Of a stretch of 64,000 nt of DNA, positions 62,055 through 64,000 are shown piece after piece. The DNA is taken from contig JADKDR010000001.1 in assembly GCA_016714535.1 (NCBI GenBank), forward strand, positions 466,998 through 530,997, read 5' to 3'. The notes below the pieces were generated by a model. It was not told the origin of the DNA. It worked only from the letters and a program-made list of their open reading frames with translations, and did no database searches. Numbering within the stretch: the stretch's first letter is position 1; each line of letters begins with the position of its first letter. Position numbers and translations under genes: made by a program. The stretch comes from Bacteroidota bacterium (GTDB taxonomy: Bacteria; Bacteroidota; Bacteroidia; AKYH767-A; OLB10).

Positions 62055-64000
62055 TTAATAGACAACATTAATAATTCCCTGACGGTAGTGCCTCTTACCA
62101 AGATCATCCTGAATAAAAATGGTATAAGCATAAGCACCTTGCTGAACTCGCTTTCCGGCAAAGTCAGTTCCGCGCCATTGAAAATTTTTGTTCTTTGTGT
62201 TAAACACCATTTGGCCCAGACGGTTAAACAAACTGAATTCAATATTATCTACACCTTCCCAAACAGCCTTTAATACATCATTGAATCCATCTTCATTCGG
62301 AGTAAAAGCATTAGGCAAATACAAGGCATAAAATGGATTTATTTCAACTACAATGCTGATCGAATCCTTGCATCCTCCTGCACTGGTTGTGTATAACCAT
62401 ACAATATACGTTCCTGTATCCTGATAGGTGTGTAAGACATTGTCACAACCTAAATGGGTTGTGCCATCACCAAAATCTATCAGGCACGAATCGCCATATT
62501 GAGTAGTATTGATAAACTGGATTAAAGGATTGGCAATAGTGGCTACCAATGGGTCAGCATCAAGTCCCGGGATAGGCGTTTGTGTTACATTAACCAAGGA
62601 GCTATCTGTATAAGTTGTACTGCAACCATTTGGTGATGTAACCGTTAGGCTTACATGGTAAACTCCTGATACCGTATAGGTATACGATGGGTTTTGCAAA
62701 GAAGATGTATCTCCGTTTCCAAAATTCCAGAGGTACGTACTACCCGGTGGTGCGCTGCTGCTATCAGTAAAATTGGTAGTCAATGGTGGACAACCTAAAA
62801 TCGTATCGGCACCAAAATCAACCGTAGGTGCATCTAATATGGTTACCGTTACAGTATCCGTATCGGGAGGGCAACCATTGGCCGAAGTTATCAGACTAAC
62901 AATATAGGTACCAATCTGATTATAAGTAACTCCTGTTACAGTCGCAGTATTGGCATTGGCAGGGGCAGCATTGGCCGTAAAATCCCAAATGATTCCGGCA
63001 CCCTGAACCAACGGGGCATTTATGGTAAAATCAAAACTGTTATTACTAATACACTGGGTTAACAAGGTAGTACTTCCTATAACCGCTTCCTGGTTTGCGG
63101 TAACCGTAACGGTTACCGTATCGGTAGCTGAGCAATAGGTATTGCTCACCGTTAGGTAATAGGATTGAACGAGCGCGGTATTTCCGGTGTTTTGCAAATT
63201 GCAATACGGTTGGGCTACCGAAGTTGAACTTAACGAAACAGCAGGCGACCATGCATATGTAATTAATGGAATGATTGGAGCACCAAGTTGTCCACTATCG
63301 AGCGAACAAAAGGCAAGATCGATTCCTGCATCGGCCACCGGAGTTATGCCTACATAAATAGTATCGGTAAGGGTATCATTGCAATTACTATTAATCATGA
63401 TTAACGAAACAATGTGTGGGCCCGAAGTTGCCCAGTCAATGTCAAATGGTCCAAGGTTACTGCCTGAAATAATATTTCCGCCATCAAAGTCCCAAAAATA
63501 AGTGGCTCCCGGAGTTGAACCGGTGTAGGTAATTGTAACTGTTTCTCCGGTGCAAAGTGTGTCATCACTAAGAGAAAAATTTGCATCGGGAGAATCCTGA
63601 ATATATATAGTATCCGTTGTGGGTTTCGAAATGCAACCGTTTTCAAGCACTGCAAGCCCAACAATATACGTACCTGAAGTAGCGAAGGTAAGGGCATGTG
63701 GCCCCTGCACTGTGCCACCCGGCACGGCAGTAGCTCCTCCGAATATCCAGTTATACAAACCTGCTATTGTACCGGTACCGGTATATGTTGTTAGCACAGG
63801 TTGATTGGTGCATGCAGTATCCGTAATAAAAAAGGAAGAAGTAGGTTTTTCATTAACCGTAATTAGCTGATAAGTTAACGCGCTTATACATCCGGCATCG
63901 TTTACTTGTAAGCCGATGCTGTCAAGTTGAGGGGTGCTCCATGTAAGCATCAAAGTGTCGTTTCCATTACCGCCAACCACAAAGGCATTTCCGGTATTCC
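62055..64000 (-). CDS. PKD/Ig-repeat surface protein with T9SS type-B (gliding-motility-associated, CHU_C) C-terminal domain. The 5' end lies beyond the window end.
   Basis: The ORF runs to the window edge. PKD-like repeats (FGDGTTHLGCDNVLHTYQDTGTYIVWLYT, WNFGNGDTSSLQNPSYTYTVSGVYHVSLTV). C-terminal FTPNEDGFNDVLKAVWEGVDNIEFSLFNRLGQMVF... matches the type-B sorting domain signature. Confidence 0.65.
   Translation of the reverse strand, partial: NTGNAFVVGGNGNDTLMLTWSTPQLDSIGLQVNDAGCISALTYQLITVNEKPTSSFFITDTACTNQPVLTTYTGTGTIAGLYNWIFGGATAVPGGTVQGPHALTFATSGTYIVGLAVLENGCISKPTTDTIYIQDSPDANFSLSDDTLCTGETVTITYTGSTPGATYFWDFDGGNIISGSNLGPFDIDWATSGPHIVSLIMINSNCNDTLTDTIYVGITPVADAGIDLAFCSLDSGQLGAPIIPLITYAWSPAVSLSSTSVAQPYCNLQNTGNTALVQSYYLTVSNTYCSATDTVTVTVTANQEAVIGSTTLLTQCISNNSFDFTINAPLVQGAGIIWDFTANAAPANANTATVTGVTYNQIGTYIVSLITSANGCPPDTDTVTVTILDAPTVDFGADTILGCPPLTTNFTDSSSAPPGSTYLWNFGNGDTSSLQNPSYTYTVSGVYHVSLTVTSPNGCSTTYTDSSLVNVTQTPIPGLDADPLVATIANPLIQFINTTQYGDSCLIDFGDGTTHLGCDNVLHTYQDTGTYIVWLYTTSAGGCKDSISIVVEINPFYALYLPNAFTPNEDGFNDVLKAVWEGVDNIEFSLFNRLGQMVFNTKNKNFQWRGTDFAGKRVQQGAYAYTIFIQDDLGKRHYRQGIINVVY

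Overview
This 64 kb window looks like a Bacteroidota chromosome segment. It is AT-rich, Type IX secretion system (T9SS) C-terminal sorting domains are abundant, there is a classical Bat aerotolerance operon, and TopA carries a lysine-rich tail. No rRNA, tRNA, CRISPR array, transposase or integrase was seen. Housekeeping genes (pdxJ, korA/korB 2-oxoacid:ferredoxin oxidoreductase, tonB, lptF/G-family permease, topA, rpe, GT4 glycosyltransferase, peroxiredoxin) are interspersed with at least 11 predicted T9SS-secreted cargo proteins. The most striking content is a head-to-tail array of four giant paralogous T9SS cargo genes (31973-47615). Each combines a signal peptide, beta-propeller-like repeats, SprB-type Ig repeats, a dockerin-like double calcium-binding module and a type-A C-terminal sorting domain. 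Two of the four are interrupted, one by an in-frame TAG at a conserved Tyr codon and one by a +/-1 shift in an A7 tract. Other content: a copper-handling-like cluster (SCO1, MbnP-like, di-heme cytochrome c peroxidase, small outer-membrane protein); the full Bat operon (moxR, DUF58, hypothetical, batA-E); and a degenerate segmental duplication of the tonB 3' end and its 3' flank between the convergent korB and tonB genes, which includes a terminator-bounded candidate small RNA. Caveat: several ORFs are broken by +/-1 shifts that map to short homopolymers (A7 at 41703, T4 at 49096, T3 at 19064). Homopolymer indel errors in the assembly are therefore likely. Disrupted genes are reported as candidates, not proven pseudogenes.
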